NCBI GenBank assembly: GCA_000934665.2
Contig: JYFJ02002844.1
Span: forward strand, 1-49,933
Length of the DNA: 49,933 nt
Reading direction: 5' to 3'
Origin: Catajapyx aquilonaris
Lineage: Eukaryota
Below are positions 35,364 through 48,580 of the stretch, in pieces (the first letter of the stretch is position 1; each line of letters opens with the position of its first letter). The notes beneath the pieces are model-generated. The model made no database searches and had not been told where the DNA came from. It saw nothing but the letters and a program-made list of their open reading frames with translations. A program made the position numbers and the translations under genes.

Positions 35364-38098
35364 CAACAAAAATTTCCGCATTCATATTCCTGATGGAAAA
35401 GTGCAATGATGTCTACCACTCGTTTTGAAAATTGCGGGTGACAGTGTGGCTAGTACCGGGACAGTCCGACAGGTGGTGCTACGATCGGGGCTGGCAGGTG
35501 TCGCCCTTTGGCGGGACCTGTCCAAACCTGTAGCGGAGAAGCGAGAAGTGCGTGTGATCCTTCCTCCTCCTCCTCCTCCTCGGTGGGCAAAGTCTGCAGC
35601 TGCTGCGTTGGACGTGTCTCTCTCTGTGGCTCTCCTCCATCTGCTGGACCCCCTGAAATATATTCCTGCGAGTGCGACCTTGGCAAGATCGAGGCCGCGC
35701 AGTAACCGGCTTGGCACCACCACTCACTCGCCGCTTCCGAACTAGCGCACTACACTCTCAAGCACCGAAGGGCCTTTAGGTGAAGTATCGTCCCCCTCAC
35801 TGATGGCAGGACCAGCCACCCGTGCCAGGTCACCATGCCCCACCACAGCCCCCTGGCCCTATGTGCACTCATCATGTTCTGTTGTGTAACATGATGTCAA
35901 TTCCACCTATGCATCGCGAGCCACTGCTGCTGCTTATCTCGAACTCTCCCTGACACCAGCACCATGCCAGATGACTTATCTAATCGAAGGCCGCCTCAGG
36001 GAATTCATTATTTCAAATTTGCAATTTCACACATAGCTTACTTGGCCTTTTGATTATTACTGGTACATATTTAGTCGATTCCTTGGAACATGGAGGACTA
36101 GGTTGCCTTTATTCCAGTGGGATACATATTTGGCATCTTGTTGCTGACTTTTTTTTGCATCTCCCACTTAATGTTGTACTCTGTACTGCCTCGTAATTCC
36201 TACTTATTATCATCCACATTTTGGCAGACAATTTTCAGTACTTCATCTGGGTTGTGATTGCCTTTTAGATGCATATGCTCTTAAATTAGGTTGCGATGAG
36301 TATGTGACTGCACACATTGTACAATCTCTCCTGGATGCCCAAGACACTTGTGACATTTCAAAATATATACAGTGAAAAATGTAAATGACCTGGTGCAACC
36401 CCAGCCCCCTTTCCATCCTTGTTGATCAGGCAGCACACCTTTCCCCCATGTTGAATAATGTTATTCATGGACAAGCATGTGTTAATATAATGATGTGATG
36501 TTTTAAATTAAAGTCAGAAATGATAGTTCACTAACGCAAGGGACAATAAATACTGAAGAATGAACTATATGCTGTTCAGGAGAGATGATATGTGTGGCAG
36601 CTTAGAAAGTTGAATTTAGTATTTGAGGCACCTTTCAATATTTACAACTCACAAAAACTTCTTGTTACATAAGTAGTGATAGATTTATTAGTAGTAACAG
36701 ACTCAAGAGCATTTCATAATGCAAATCTATTTGCAAATCTGTGGTTAAAATATCTGTAAAAGGATACAACAAAAAGCTGCTGATGGTGGTGGTGGTGGTG
36801 GAAAAGGGGTGGGGTGGGGGGGGGGGTGTTATTGAGTAAGAATAAAACACTGGTAAACCGCAGTAAATCTAGAACAGCTAGTTGGTCCATGTTATTCCTT
36901 GTTGGGAGAAATTATCGAATTAATTAATAACAGGGATCCACTTTTTGTTCTTGATTTATGATCAATCAGGCAACCAAGGCATAAGTGTGACATTGTGTGA
37001 AACTAAGGTGTGTTCCAGAGAAATCAAGGCAATATTTTGTGCTGAAAATATTGTGGATCAGCAGCTGGTTTGCCATTGACAAATTCATTAAGAAGAAAAT
37101 TTATGGCTGGGCAAGGCATGAAATAGCAGCTGGTGGCGTAAATGCAAATTAATGAAGTAAATAGATTCTGGGGAGTACCCCATGTTTAGAAGGGAACAAT
37201 GTGAAAGGGAGGCTGAACATTTGACACAGGTGTGGGACTGCAACTATGCGGCTCTGGCATTGTACAGCAAAGACATGCATGTCAACTTCTCATTCATTCA
37301 GAGTAGAACTACTGCACAACACCCCATACCTTTACACCTTCCCCTGTTCTTTTCCACAATGCCTGAGTCATCATAATCTAAATGGGAACCTTGGCCACCT
37401 GAGCAAATTCCTCTGAGGGACACTGACCCCTTTCCTTTTTTAAAAGAAAAGGTTGCTTGGGAGAGTGAGCTGAGCAGAGGGGATGGTTATTTTTAAATTG
37501 GGTTTCTGTTGTATTACAGTTCAAAGATTTCATTGGTCTAGTAAATGACAATTAGCTGAAAGGTGTGAGAAAAATACATGACAGGAATATTACTGTATTA
37601 GGCTATGTTTTTGCAAATAGTTACCCATGACTGCATCCTTTGTAGGATGTTTTGTAGCATTTGAAATTCTTATGTTCTTGCTTTTTTATGTAATATAATT
37701 TGGAGTACATTTTATTACAGGCAACAAGCTCATTTAAAATACAAAATTTTTTACTGGCCATTTCATTTGCACCAAAATGTTTGATTGTCAGCATTCCCAT
37801 TATACTGTATTTTACTTCCTATCCAAGCAGATGTTGTGAGTGTAAACTTATGTGACATTTCTTAGTAATGAAATTGTTAAATTCAATTTTGAATCCAATT
37901 ATGTTCAAGACATTTTATTAATGGAGTATAATGAAGTGGTGAAGTCCTTCACATGAAATAGCTTGGATGTTGTATCCCCATTCTAGATTATGAACTTCTC
38001 ACCGGCAAGCATGTGGTGCATGTAAATGGTTTAAATAAGCAAGAGTTTACAAGTTCTATCTAATTCTTTGCATCATTACAGAGTAGCCTTCTGAAAAG

Positions 38099-41000
38099 AT
38101 GTGGAATAACCCCATGAAAGATGATGACGAAATGGCCTCTGTTGGAGACTCCCTCCCAACAGTATCAGAAGCGAAGCCAACAAGCACTAACATTGGAAGA
38201 GGAAAACCTCCTGTCCCATTGGCTGATGTGTTTGGAAATCTCCCAGCCGACATGAGCAAGGTGTAGCAGTCTATTTGAAAATCATTCATGATTTGTAGTC
38301 AATTTACTCCTAGAATTTTCATGCCTCTACATAATATATCAGACACTGCATCACACTATGGGTGGTGGTATTCATAAAGCTTTATTTGCTACTAATTTTC
38401 TCAGCTAATGTCACTTCTTTGGGGTTGCAACATCATCACATTTTCCTATAAAGGGACCTTATTATGGTCAGTGAAGGAAAGGCAACTAAATCAGCAAATA
38501 TAGATCAAACAGGAATTTAGAAATGCAAGTCTTCAGTGATGTTCATTTGCTGAGAAAAGGCAATATTTTTCTACTTGCCTGGTTTTCTGCAACATGACAT
38601 AATCTCATTACTATTTAGCACTGTTACTTTCCCCAAAAATCAGTTCCTAAAAGTCCTAAAGTCTTTACATTTCTTTTGTAATATACATTGTGCAACTAGT
38701 GTGGCACAAATACGGTGCTGGTCTCTGGCATGATTGTAAAAAGAAGGCTGATCCACCACATCATTAGTCTGAAAAGATCTGAAAACTAAACTTTACTGGG
38801 GTGGGAACAGCGCACACATCTCCTCCCATTTGATGCAGGGGAATCCCATGGGCGGCGGGGAGGGGTTCAAGCTCCCTATGATAAAAAGGTCAGGGTGGAT
38901 TCATCAAATGTTGTAAATTAAATTTTTGTCGTAACCGTAGGTTACGACTGCTTAAGATGAGAATTTGACTTAAGACATTTGATGAATCCACCCCCAGAAT
39001 TGCAAGTATAGTGTTGTCATCTGTATGCTTTGCATACTTTTGCAAATTACAGGGATATAGCTATAGCAAAGTGGTGCTGCAGATATGATGTGCAAAGTAA
39101 TGCAAAGACCACACCCTCCCCCACCTCCAGTGACTGATTACAAGTTTAGAACCACACTGCTAGTCTTGTGTGAACCATATGCAAAGCTGTAAATGTTTCT
39201 TTCCATCAGATGAAGGGGTGGGTCTATAAAATGTGTTGATTGTGAAGTATTGCCCTGCATGACATCAATACAGTCTGGTATCAAAATATCTAATATTAGT
39301 GTAGTGAGTCTTAGGCCCGATTTCTCGAACAGTGGTTCAAGTCAGGTTGAATTGGGTTTGCGTCTACTCTCGAGCGTAAACAAACCCTTGGTTACTATGC
39401 GAACGACAAGCTTGGGTTAGAATTGCGCCGTTGCCACATGTCGCGTCCTCTCCATTTCCCCGAACCGGTCTGAGCTTCAGCACGAGTCTTTACCGGCTTG
39501 TAAACAAACTCTAGTCAGCAAGTCTAGAAGGTGGAGTGAGGGACATCACATTTGAAGTGACATTTTTTGACTAGTTGCCGATGTTACACCGCAAAAGAAA
39601 TTTTTTGTGACACTTCTCGGAGGCCAAAAAATTCCCCCTGTGGACCCTGGATAGTGCACATCTCTGTCTTTCTAATGATGTATTTGAAACTCGGAAATCG
39701 CCATTTGTGTAATCATAATTAAGTTAATTGCACACCTCTGTTATCTCGGCCGTTTATACTCCGAATTACTTCGCAAATGTACCAACGGAAATCCAGAAAT
39801 GTGGGTGATAAAATTACATCGTGCTACACTAAAACTTTTAAACGTATTTAAAAGTATCGCCATCTATTCCTGCCAGAAAGCGGGCTGGGTACGTGTCTAT
39901 TAAACTTACTAAAACAATACTTTTAAAATTTTCAGTGTAAGAGAGCGCGATGTAATTTTATCACGCACATTTCTGGCTTGCCGTCGATACATTCACGAAG
40001 TAATTCGGATGAGAAACGGGCGAGATAACTGAGGTATGCAATTAACTTAATTATGATTACACGTAGTTGTGATTTCTAAGTTTCAAATATATCATTAGAT
40101 AGACAAAGATTTGCACTATCCAGGGTTCACAGGGGAAATTTTTTGGCCTCTGAGAAGTGTCACAAAAAATTCATTTTGCGGAGTAACATCGGCAACTAGT
40201 CAAAAAATGACACCTTTCATTGTTGTTCCCCGCATTCCACACCCGGTTTATTTCCGATAACGGCTGGTAATCGGGCCGTCAGATGTGAACCGAGTTTAAA
40301 CCACATCCAGGGTTTATTTTTGCCTCGAGAAATGGAAATTTCTCTGAACTGGGTTTAAACCGGATTTGAACCGGGTTTACATTTGAACCACTGTTCGAGA
40401 AATCGAGCCTTGGACAACCACTATGCCGCTGGGTTGCAAAAGTTGTTTTTCTTTTTCTGCAAAGCAAACTTTGAAGTTGGGGTAGGCTTGGTCCTATAAG
40501 CACCTCAGCAAAACCAAAATAACCTTGACGCTCATTACCAATGAGCCCAGGATTGTTGACTAGAGCATAGCATTCCATTTGGAATGAACTCTTTGGCGGC
40601 CTGTGTCATGATAGCAGCAATGGATGGGTATGAAGGTTGGAGGATGCAAAAGTAAAGGGGAAAACTGGCCTGTTGCCACTTGGTTGGCCAGTGTCCCATC
40701 TTCCTCTCTCCAAATTCCACCTGCTGGCCAAATTGTGTGTGTGTCTGTGTGCGTGTGCATGCCTGACTTCCCCTGAGGGCCAAACGAGCAGTAACAGGCC
40801 AAGAGCATTGGCACATGCGTTACTTGCATAATTGGCAGGGCACACTAACCTATCTTTAGATGACTCGGGAGGGAGAGGACATCCCACCAAAGTCACCATC
40901 AATCACCTTGTGCTGTTCAGTTCATATTACTCAGAGAGAGGCTGAATCGTATCCATTGCCAGCTGTGTGTCATTATCCATTACATCTGAAGAAAATATTA

Positions 41001-43554
41001 TAATTGTTAAGTGGTATAACTTGTCAACATTTCTCTTCCAGATGGATTTTTCTCAAGACAATAATATGCCACTCATTTTTTTTTAATTACGCAGAAAATC
41101 AGGCGCTCTATGCAGTGGGAGTCATGTAACCGCAGTTGTTGCACATTGTTGCAGGTAACTTATACGCATTGCCTCTAACACATTCTGCAGCACCTCTCTG
41201 CATCTATTTCTCATTTCTTGGAAGTTCATGTAACAATAATAATGTCCTGTTGTTATAAATATTAGAATGACTTAATTAATAGTTATCCATTCAATATGAA
41301 TTCTGACACACACATGGAGAATCCTGAGACTGTAAATGCACTCTATGTAAAGTTCACCCTGCATGTTCGATAACCTGAACTCACCAGTCAGAAGATTCAT
41401 GTGAAGTAGTGTCATCATCTTCATTGATCCCTTACTCGGCTTACTGAATTGATTGAGTAGTATGTGAAACTATACTCTGATTTTTTTTAGTTCCAAATGA
41501 CACCATTCATTGCCATATGCCATTGGTTCCCAACCTTTTTCGGGTCGCGACCCCCTTTTATGATAGTCAAGTAACCTGATTTTGATCAGTAGGTCCAATG
41601 TGATCAACACATTTGACATATTGATATGCTTAATTTGGGGTGACAGCTCTCCTTTAGAGTGATTTCTTGAGAAAATTGCCATTATGAAATCATATGAATT
41701 TCAATTTTATGTAACAACACATTTATTTTCAATTGACATGGAAGCACAGTTCCAGGCAAAAAAATTATTGAAAGGGATGATGACTTCATTTAGAACTTCT
41801 TATAATCAGAGTATACTCATTGGTGTTCTCTGTTTATGTAGTTTGCATTCATCCAAAATAATCCACTGTCTCTCTTGTCAGAACAAGGAATCCTAGTCAG
41901 AAAATAGTGCAGTGGTTATAATGTAATATTGGGTTTCATGTACCATTTTCATAAAACTATATATTAAAATTTCAGAAAATTCCTGTGTTTGGGAAGTTGG
42001 GATACAAGCAGTGAATCTTCAGGACTACCAACACATACAAAAGAATTTTTTATTAGTGAATTGCAAAAAAAAATTGCCATAGTATAAAAAGGGATGAGAG
42101 CTTCTATATAAGGTCTGATCAAAAAGTATTCTACCATAGTCAAAAAAGAGTATGACACCAACGGAGTTGGGACTTTTAACTTCTTCAAAAGAGGTCACTT
42201 GCAACTTCACACGCCTACCATAATGTTCCTTGCATTGTAGAAGACACTTTTCAGAAACTACTTTTCGTGTTGCCAACAGCTGCTTCATCACATTCGACAT
42301 GATATCTTCCTTGCTTTCAAATCAGGAGCCTTTCACGGAATCTTCCACTTAGAAGACAGCTTTATTTAAGTCTTTCAGAATCATGTCTGAGGAGTAGGGA
42401 GCCTGCTTGGCCTGGATGTAATTTTGTGTTGGGTCAGAAATGTCTGAATGAAGTGTGATAATTGAGTACAAATTGTTCTGAGGAAAAAAAAAACATTTGA
42501 TACTTTGTGATTGACCTCATATATATTGCTAAAATGTAGTTAATTTCATTTGATGAATACTGTGGATCAGAAATATCAGTGTGACCTTTGACCTCATGCC
42601 TGACTAGGTTGCAACCTGGCTACATCCATAGCAACTGTTGTGCACAATGTACTGTACCTTGCAATATGTAGTTGCCAGCCCCTCTGCTTATTGTTACTTT
42701 TCAGTTTTTTTGCAAACAACAGCATGCATCTGGAAAATGCCTCCTTGAGGTGATATGAAATCATGGATTCATCTGTTAATGCTAAAACATTATTCTTGGT
42801 TTTTATTACACTGGTAGTGATAGTGTTTCAACATTAATTTCATGGATGAAAACAGCCTTTCCAATTTTTGTGTGCAACTTTTAAATGACGGATTTGGTAT
42901 TTTGGCAATTGGGCTCCAAAAGTGGGAAAGAAAGGACTGATTCAGTTATGCAGTCAGTTTAGGGGGCTTGCAGGGCATCAATGTTTAAATAAAATTGTAA
43001 TTGACTTGACATATTAACTTCTGTTACATTTGTTACCAAAATTAATGATGCATTTGATTTATAATAATAATAATAATATTATAATATTTGGAACCTAGCT
43101 TTCCAAATGACCACACCGTTACTTCAGTCATAATCTGTTATGGAATCTTTGTCAATACTTAGCCCATTTTTCTTACATTGAAATCTGGTCCACATTCCTT
43201 CAGGAAACAGCACAAATGCATGGAACATGGGCCCAGGAGGAAGGTTATGCAAGGGCCATAGCAGAAGAATGCAAGCTACTTAGATCCGAGAACACCACTA
43301 GCTGGATCGCAGAAGAAGAAGTTGGGTCCAGACCTGGATTTCCAGGAGGGGAGATATGTAAGGACTATGCTGCTGTGGAGAAACATACCTCTCCCCCACG
43401 CAAAATTATTCATGATAATGAAGGGAAGCCTCCCGTTGAGCCACGTTCTGGATGGCGCCCACTTCCGGAGCCTGGGGTTGCCCCGCCACCCACATCTTTC
43501 GAGGATGATTTTCCTCCCCTTTCAGCTACTGCTTCCCCTTCTAGGAAGAAGTGA
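38099..43554 (+). CDS. Uncharacterised 170-aa, probably disordered protein (two coding exons)
   Basis: Acceptor TTACAG at 38081, in-frame TAG at 38084, ATG at 38099, donor AAG|GT after 38260 (54 codons, phase 0). Acceptor CCTTCAG at 43203, exon 43204-43554 in phase 0 ending TGA TAA, then donor CAG|GTAACC at 43563. Both exons are GC-richer than their flanks. The probable non-coding first exon lies in the GC island ~35500-35779. No family recognised. Confidence 0.6.
38893..38994. mobile_element. Small MITE (~100 bp)
   Basis: TIR GGGTGGATTCATCAAATG / CATTTGATGAATCCACCC, CAG-like flanks, internal GTCGTAACC...GGTTACGAC hairpin. Confidence 0.7.
39314..40409. mobile_element. Harbinger-like MITE hosting a nested fold-back element
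   Basis: 27-bp TIR GGCCCGATTTCTCGAACAGTGGTTCAA / TTGAACCACTGTTCGAGAAATCGAGCC, flanks TTA / TTG. Confidence 0.75.
39530..40242. mobile_element. Large fold-back element (~320-bp imperfect arms, ~50-nt spacer)
   Basis: 39561 CATTTTTTGACTAGTTGCCGATGTTAC... through ~39856 is mirrored by ~39908-40209 (...GTAACATCGGCAACTAGTCAAAAAATG). Outer limits are approximate. Confidence 0.85.
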
Positions 43555-45172
43555 TAACTCAGGTAACCTTATCTGTTGGAGAAAGGCTTGTAGGTGGGGG
43601 TAATTTTAGGGACCTTGTGATTTGGCATTTCATATGAAAATGTCAGGGTTGATCATGCCACCTAAATGGAACTCTCAGTGGAGGGTTTAAGGCTTGGCTT
43701 GCTTATGTAGGTGTACTTAAATAAGTGGGAATTTTATAGGGGAAATTTTTAAAAAAGGGCGTGTGTTATGGGTTTTGTGGAGGTGATTTGTTTCTACCAT
43801 GCTTATGCTAGGCACTGTGGTCTGAAAGGATCCATTCCTTCATTGCTTTTGGCGTAGGACCTGTAATTTTTATTTGCGTTTATTTCAAATGTCACCAATG
43901 AAAAATGTGACACTTTTTTGAGTTGTGAAAATCTTGGCTTGAAAGTTGAAATTTTAATTTGCGATTTTTTATTCCGTGAAATTTTTTGGAATATTTTAAT
44001 TTACTCACGTGATATGTATATTTTGAAAAAATTGAAAGAAGAATAGTTGTAAGTTCTAGTCTATTCTGTGACCATTTTAAATGTGAAAGGGAAAAAATGC
44101 AAAATTCTGAAGCAACACTTAAGCCAGTATTTTTACATGTCATATAGAATTGACAGACAGACAAACATTCAAGTTGTTCTGATATTAGGAACAACCTTCA
44201 TGAAAAAATTATTTGGTGGCATGTTGAAATAAATTATGGAATGGGTCTCTTGCATAAAAGAATAATATTCAAGTTGATATGAGATGTTAAAATTTTAATT
44301 ACAAAGCCTATTTAGGATAAATGGCCTGTGAGTCTGTTGCTATCACACACATTACTTTTGGGATTGTGCATATTTTAAATGCATATTTTAAAACCTGCGT
44401 GTGGCAATGCTGAAGATAATGATGAAATCTGAATTATGCCTTTGATTTGGAGGAAGAAGAATATGACCATATTAGGTTTTCCCTTGAATAATGTTTTGTG
44501 ATGTATTCCATTGGAAAATATCACAAATGGAGTGTTTTATTGTGTGTGAATGCATACCTTTATCATGTAACTCTTATAGTGAGGTTATGAAGTACAAAGG
44601 TTTTTAACTGCATACAAACAACAAAACAGTCTCTCTCAAGTAGGTTTGTTAAGAGCAGAGGCCAAAGATTTGTCAAGAGAGTAAAAGTGTAGGCTACAAG
44701 TACTCTAGGGATGTTACAACATCTGTGAAGCGTACCGGCAATCAGCCAAATGTTAAGTCATGAAAAGAGAGGAATAGAAAGGCATGGGGAAATTACGTAA
44801 GCATTTGGCTCCTCTTAGTGTAGTCTACTGTGCTTGTTGTTTTTACATGGTAGTACAGAGTTGACTTCATCAGCATCTTCCATCATTCTTTTATATTAAA
44901 TATATTTGTTTCTTTTAATCTTTATAAATAAGACTGAATTCATTGCCATTATTACTTAACATTGGTGCACATTACTCGACATGGTTGTGTCATCCATATG
45001 ACTTTTATCACAAGAGAATAATGTTGTTTCTATTTTATATGATGGCTTTATGAATGCTCAAGCAGCTCGCAGTTTGAGAATAATTAGAGGATAGCATGGC
45101 AACATGACTGCATATCATATTTTTGTGCCTTTTCAACCAAGAAGGTATAATCATGTGCCCAATTCTGTATAA

Positions 45173-45333
45173 AGGTACGTTTATATGTGAGCGATTTGAT
45201 CTTGCAATGTGATCGCCAAGTAACCCAAGTAACCAATATTGTTTGAGGTGAAAGTAACAATCGATTTTCACCTCAAACAATTCTGGTTACTCTTGTTACT
45301 CCGCGATGACATCACTCGCATGTAAACGCACCT
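45173..45333. mobile_element. Harbinger-type MITE, family copy 2
   Basis: AGGTACGTTTATATG ... CATGTAAACGCACCT with TAA flanks; homologous to 24970-25160. Confidence 0.78.
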
Positions 45334-46141
45334 TAATACTTATGTACTGTAGTTCTGAGGTGATGGAGGAAAAATATTTTGTAATCCCAAGTGGAATAAA
45401 GCTGCTCTAAAACACACATGAGTGCATCACTTCTCACTTTGTTAGTTTGTTAGGATTGATCCCTGAGACATTGTTTCAGGTAATATACTGAAGCTGTTTT
45501 TGATATATTTCAGTCATGGCTAAATTCTTTGCAGTGTATGCCTTTAACAGCCTTGTTATCACAGCAAGAGTTTTTGTGCATACAGCTTGCTGTGATGATC
45601 CAGCATACTCCTCCAACTGCTGCAGATATTTTTAGCACAAAGCTGCTTGATTTAGCAGTTACCTTTGCAATGTTACTTGTTATGGTTATCAAAAGTATTA
45701 GCCGAACTGAATTGTCCATCCCAGCTTGGATCTGAAATCCCAATTAGGAATGGCTCATTTGAACAATTGGCACATCATATCATTGCCAGACCCCACTTTG
45801 TGCATGCTACATTCCCTTGCAGGCATTAAAGAGGATAGATACACACAACCTAATATTAGCAGCAACAGCGAATACTTTAGATAACCATTGAAACTACAAA
45901 AGCAATTATTTCAGATAATTAAGCAGCTTAGTGAGGATCACCCTGTATGTGTATATATTTTCACATTATTTTCCCTGTTTTCAAGCTTCTACTTCTTTGA
46001 GTGTTATGTAAATACACTAGTTCGATTTTCGTTTTGCAGTATTTAAAATAAGATGGGTTCTAACGAGCTCCAATGTGGCTGCATTTTATTTCTTTCCTTA
46101 GGAACTAAAATCAGTGGACTAATCTGCAGCTATCATTGCTG

Positions 46142-46685
46142 ACAAGGGAAGGTCACAGGGTGATAATAACGGATCTTGATGAAATTTAACATGCTAATAC
46201 AGGACAATATATGATACCCAAAAATGAAATATTTCGTGCGGAGGCCCATATTTGCAAAAGTTATGACGTCTTAAAGTTCCAAAAATAATATATTTTCATT
46301 CATAATGGGATTACATTAGCGACCACATATAATGACATTGAAGTGTGTAATCAGTTTCTACACTTTTTCTCATAGGGAAAAAGTCCTACAGAACGGCTCT
46401 GTCCGTCCGTCCGTCTGTGGACAGGTATCAAGGCCTAAACACAAACACAAAGGCACAAAGTGTAGAAACTGATTACACACTTCAATGTGGTCTGATATGT
46501 GGTCGCTAATGTAATCCCATTATGAACTCAATGAAAAGGGTTTTTTTTAACTTTAAGACGTCATAACTTTTGCAAATATGGGCCTCTGCACGAAATATTT
46601 CATTTTTGGGTATCATATATTGTCCTGTATTAGCAAGTTAAATTTCATCAAGATCCGTCATTATCACCCTGTGACCTTCCCTTGT
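46142..46685. mobile_element. 544-bp fold-back element (~220-bp arms)
   Basis: ACAAGGGAAGGTCACAGGGTGATAATAACGGATCTTGATGAAATTTAAC... is mirrored almost perfectly by ...GTTAAATTTCATCAAGATCCGTCATTATCACCCTGTGACCTTCCCTTGT; ~95-nt spacer. Confidence 0.9.
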
Positions 46686-48580
46686 GAGTATTTTCAACCA
46701 GTTTTGACCTTTTGGCTTTTTCTTCAGTATGTTAGTCTCATTCTTTTTCTCCTTCATTTTTCACACTTATGTTCTTCATTATGATTCCTGATGCTTTGTA
46801 CAGTGACACACAGCCACGTGGCTGTACACATATTACGTCATCAAATTTGNGGGGGGGGCAATTGCCCGATTGCCCCCCCCCCCCCCCCCGGCCCCCATGA
46901 CGACGACGTAATGTGTGTACGGGTCCTGGGTTAATCCCAACCCTTGGTCTTTTTTCCTTTACCATTTACTTGCAGTAAGAAGTGTGCCTGCCTTTGTTGT
47001 TTGCAGCATATTAAAGCAACTTATCTGTTGTTGGCATTGGTGGGGAAAAATTCCTGCAGTTGTTCACCAATATGATAATAATTAAAGTATGGTTACAGGA
47101 CCTATTGTTTCCTTCAAGAAGTTTAGTGCAATATATAAGAAAGAAGGCGTTTTTTAATGCTTAAGATTGTGAACCTGCACATTTTGAATGCTTGATGCCT
47201 GAAGAGCAGATTGTTGGATTAGTTGAATGACGGAGTGATAAGGTGAGGTTGTAGGGAATAGAAAAGGTGTCCTTCATTTTCGAGGAGGGAATGGGTAAGA
47301 AGAGCCAGCAAGAAGCTAAAATAGGAGTGCTATTTTTGGGAGGAGGGTAGGGGTGGGTGATAAGGTAAAGTATAGGAACTAGGGTGCCTCACCCAGAGAG
47401 GTATAAAAAAGACAAAGCGAATTTTAGGCGTCTTCCGGGGAAGCTTCCAATGCTGATCAGGCAAACGTCTCCCAGGATTGTGAACAAATGTTGCCACATG
47501 TGGAGATATTATCTAATAAACAGCTTTCAAAATGCATTTTTAAATACAATCGTGGGTATTTGTGTACATTTTGATGTCCAATAGGTGGAGCATACCTGTG
47601 ATAAGTGATCCAGACCCCAATATCTTGACAAGTGGCTAACTAAAAATCGAGCAAGTCAGTGGTACTGTGCAACATTTCATAATAAGGTGCAGCTCTGCAT
47701 CTGTGCTGTGTTCATTCTATGTAATTGCTTTGAAATTATAATAAGGCATTATTGTATTTTTATTCATTAATTGTCAACCTGGATGTGGAGGTGAAGGTTA
47801 AGATATAATGTTGATATTTTTGAAATCTCAAATCTGACACCTTCAGAGTAACAATTTATTATATTTCCATGCACTGGTTTAGTAACTTATTGTCTCCTTA
47901 CAACCACATTAATTACTGACAGCAATATAATTTAATTAGGATTTCTGACACCACTCATTTATACTGTACAAACATATACACAGTACGTGATACAACGCCC
48001 AGGGTCTTACTGGCCTCTTGGGACCTGGGTGGGGAAGGTTTTGCCAGGAGCCTCCACTGGGATGGTCTTGATGAAGTTGCTATGTAAATGTCAACACCTT
48101 ATCAAGACTTGGTGTACAAAGGCTCATGAATTTTAATCACTTTATCAACTTACTTGCATATTGATACTGACTCAAAAAATATTGCACCTTCATGTAGACT
48201 GTAGATTGTAGAGTATTAAAATGACCGAAGCCTGAAAATACACAACAGCATCCAGTGGCATGAGATGGTGGATAGGACGTAACGAGAGTAGAGTCGCTTT
48301 CATATTCATCACGTGTGCGCTGTATCCCTGAGCCAAATGATTTTTCTGCCAAAATACTTTCAATCATGCGTATCCTGGGCCTATGAAACCATCGTCACGT
48401 AAGTCGGGCCTGATTCATATTGTTAAAAATCTCACGTATTCTCGCCCATATCTCTGGCCTGAGATACCTGGTGGGAGTAACCTATTGTGTTTTATTCAAC
48501 CCAGCCCCATTCTTGGAGGCATACACAGTTGGAGGTGGCAAGTTTGGAAGTACACAACCGCTCAAGTTCACATCATTTCA

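Noticed and set aside
45510..45743. Overlapping ORFs on both strands
   Set aside because: No consistent exon or phase model and no recognisable protein.
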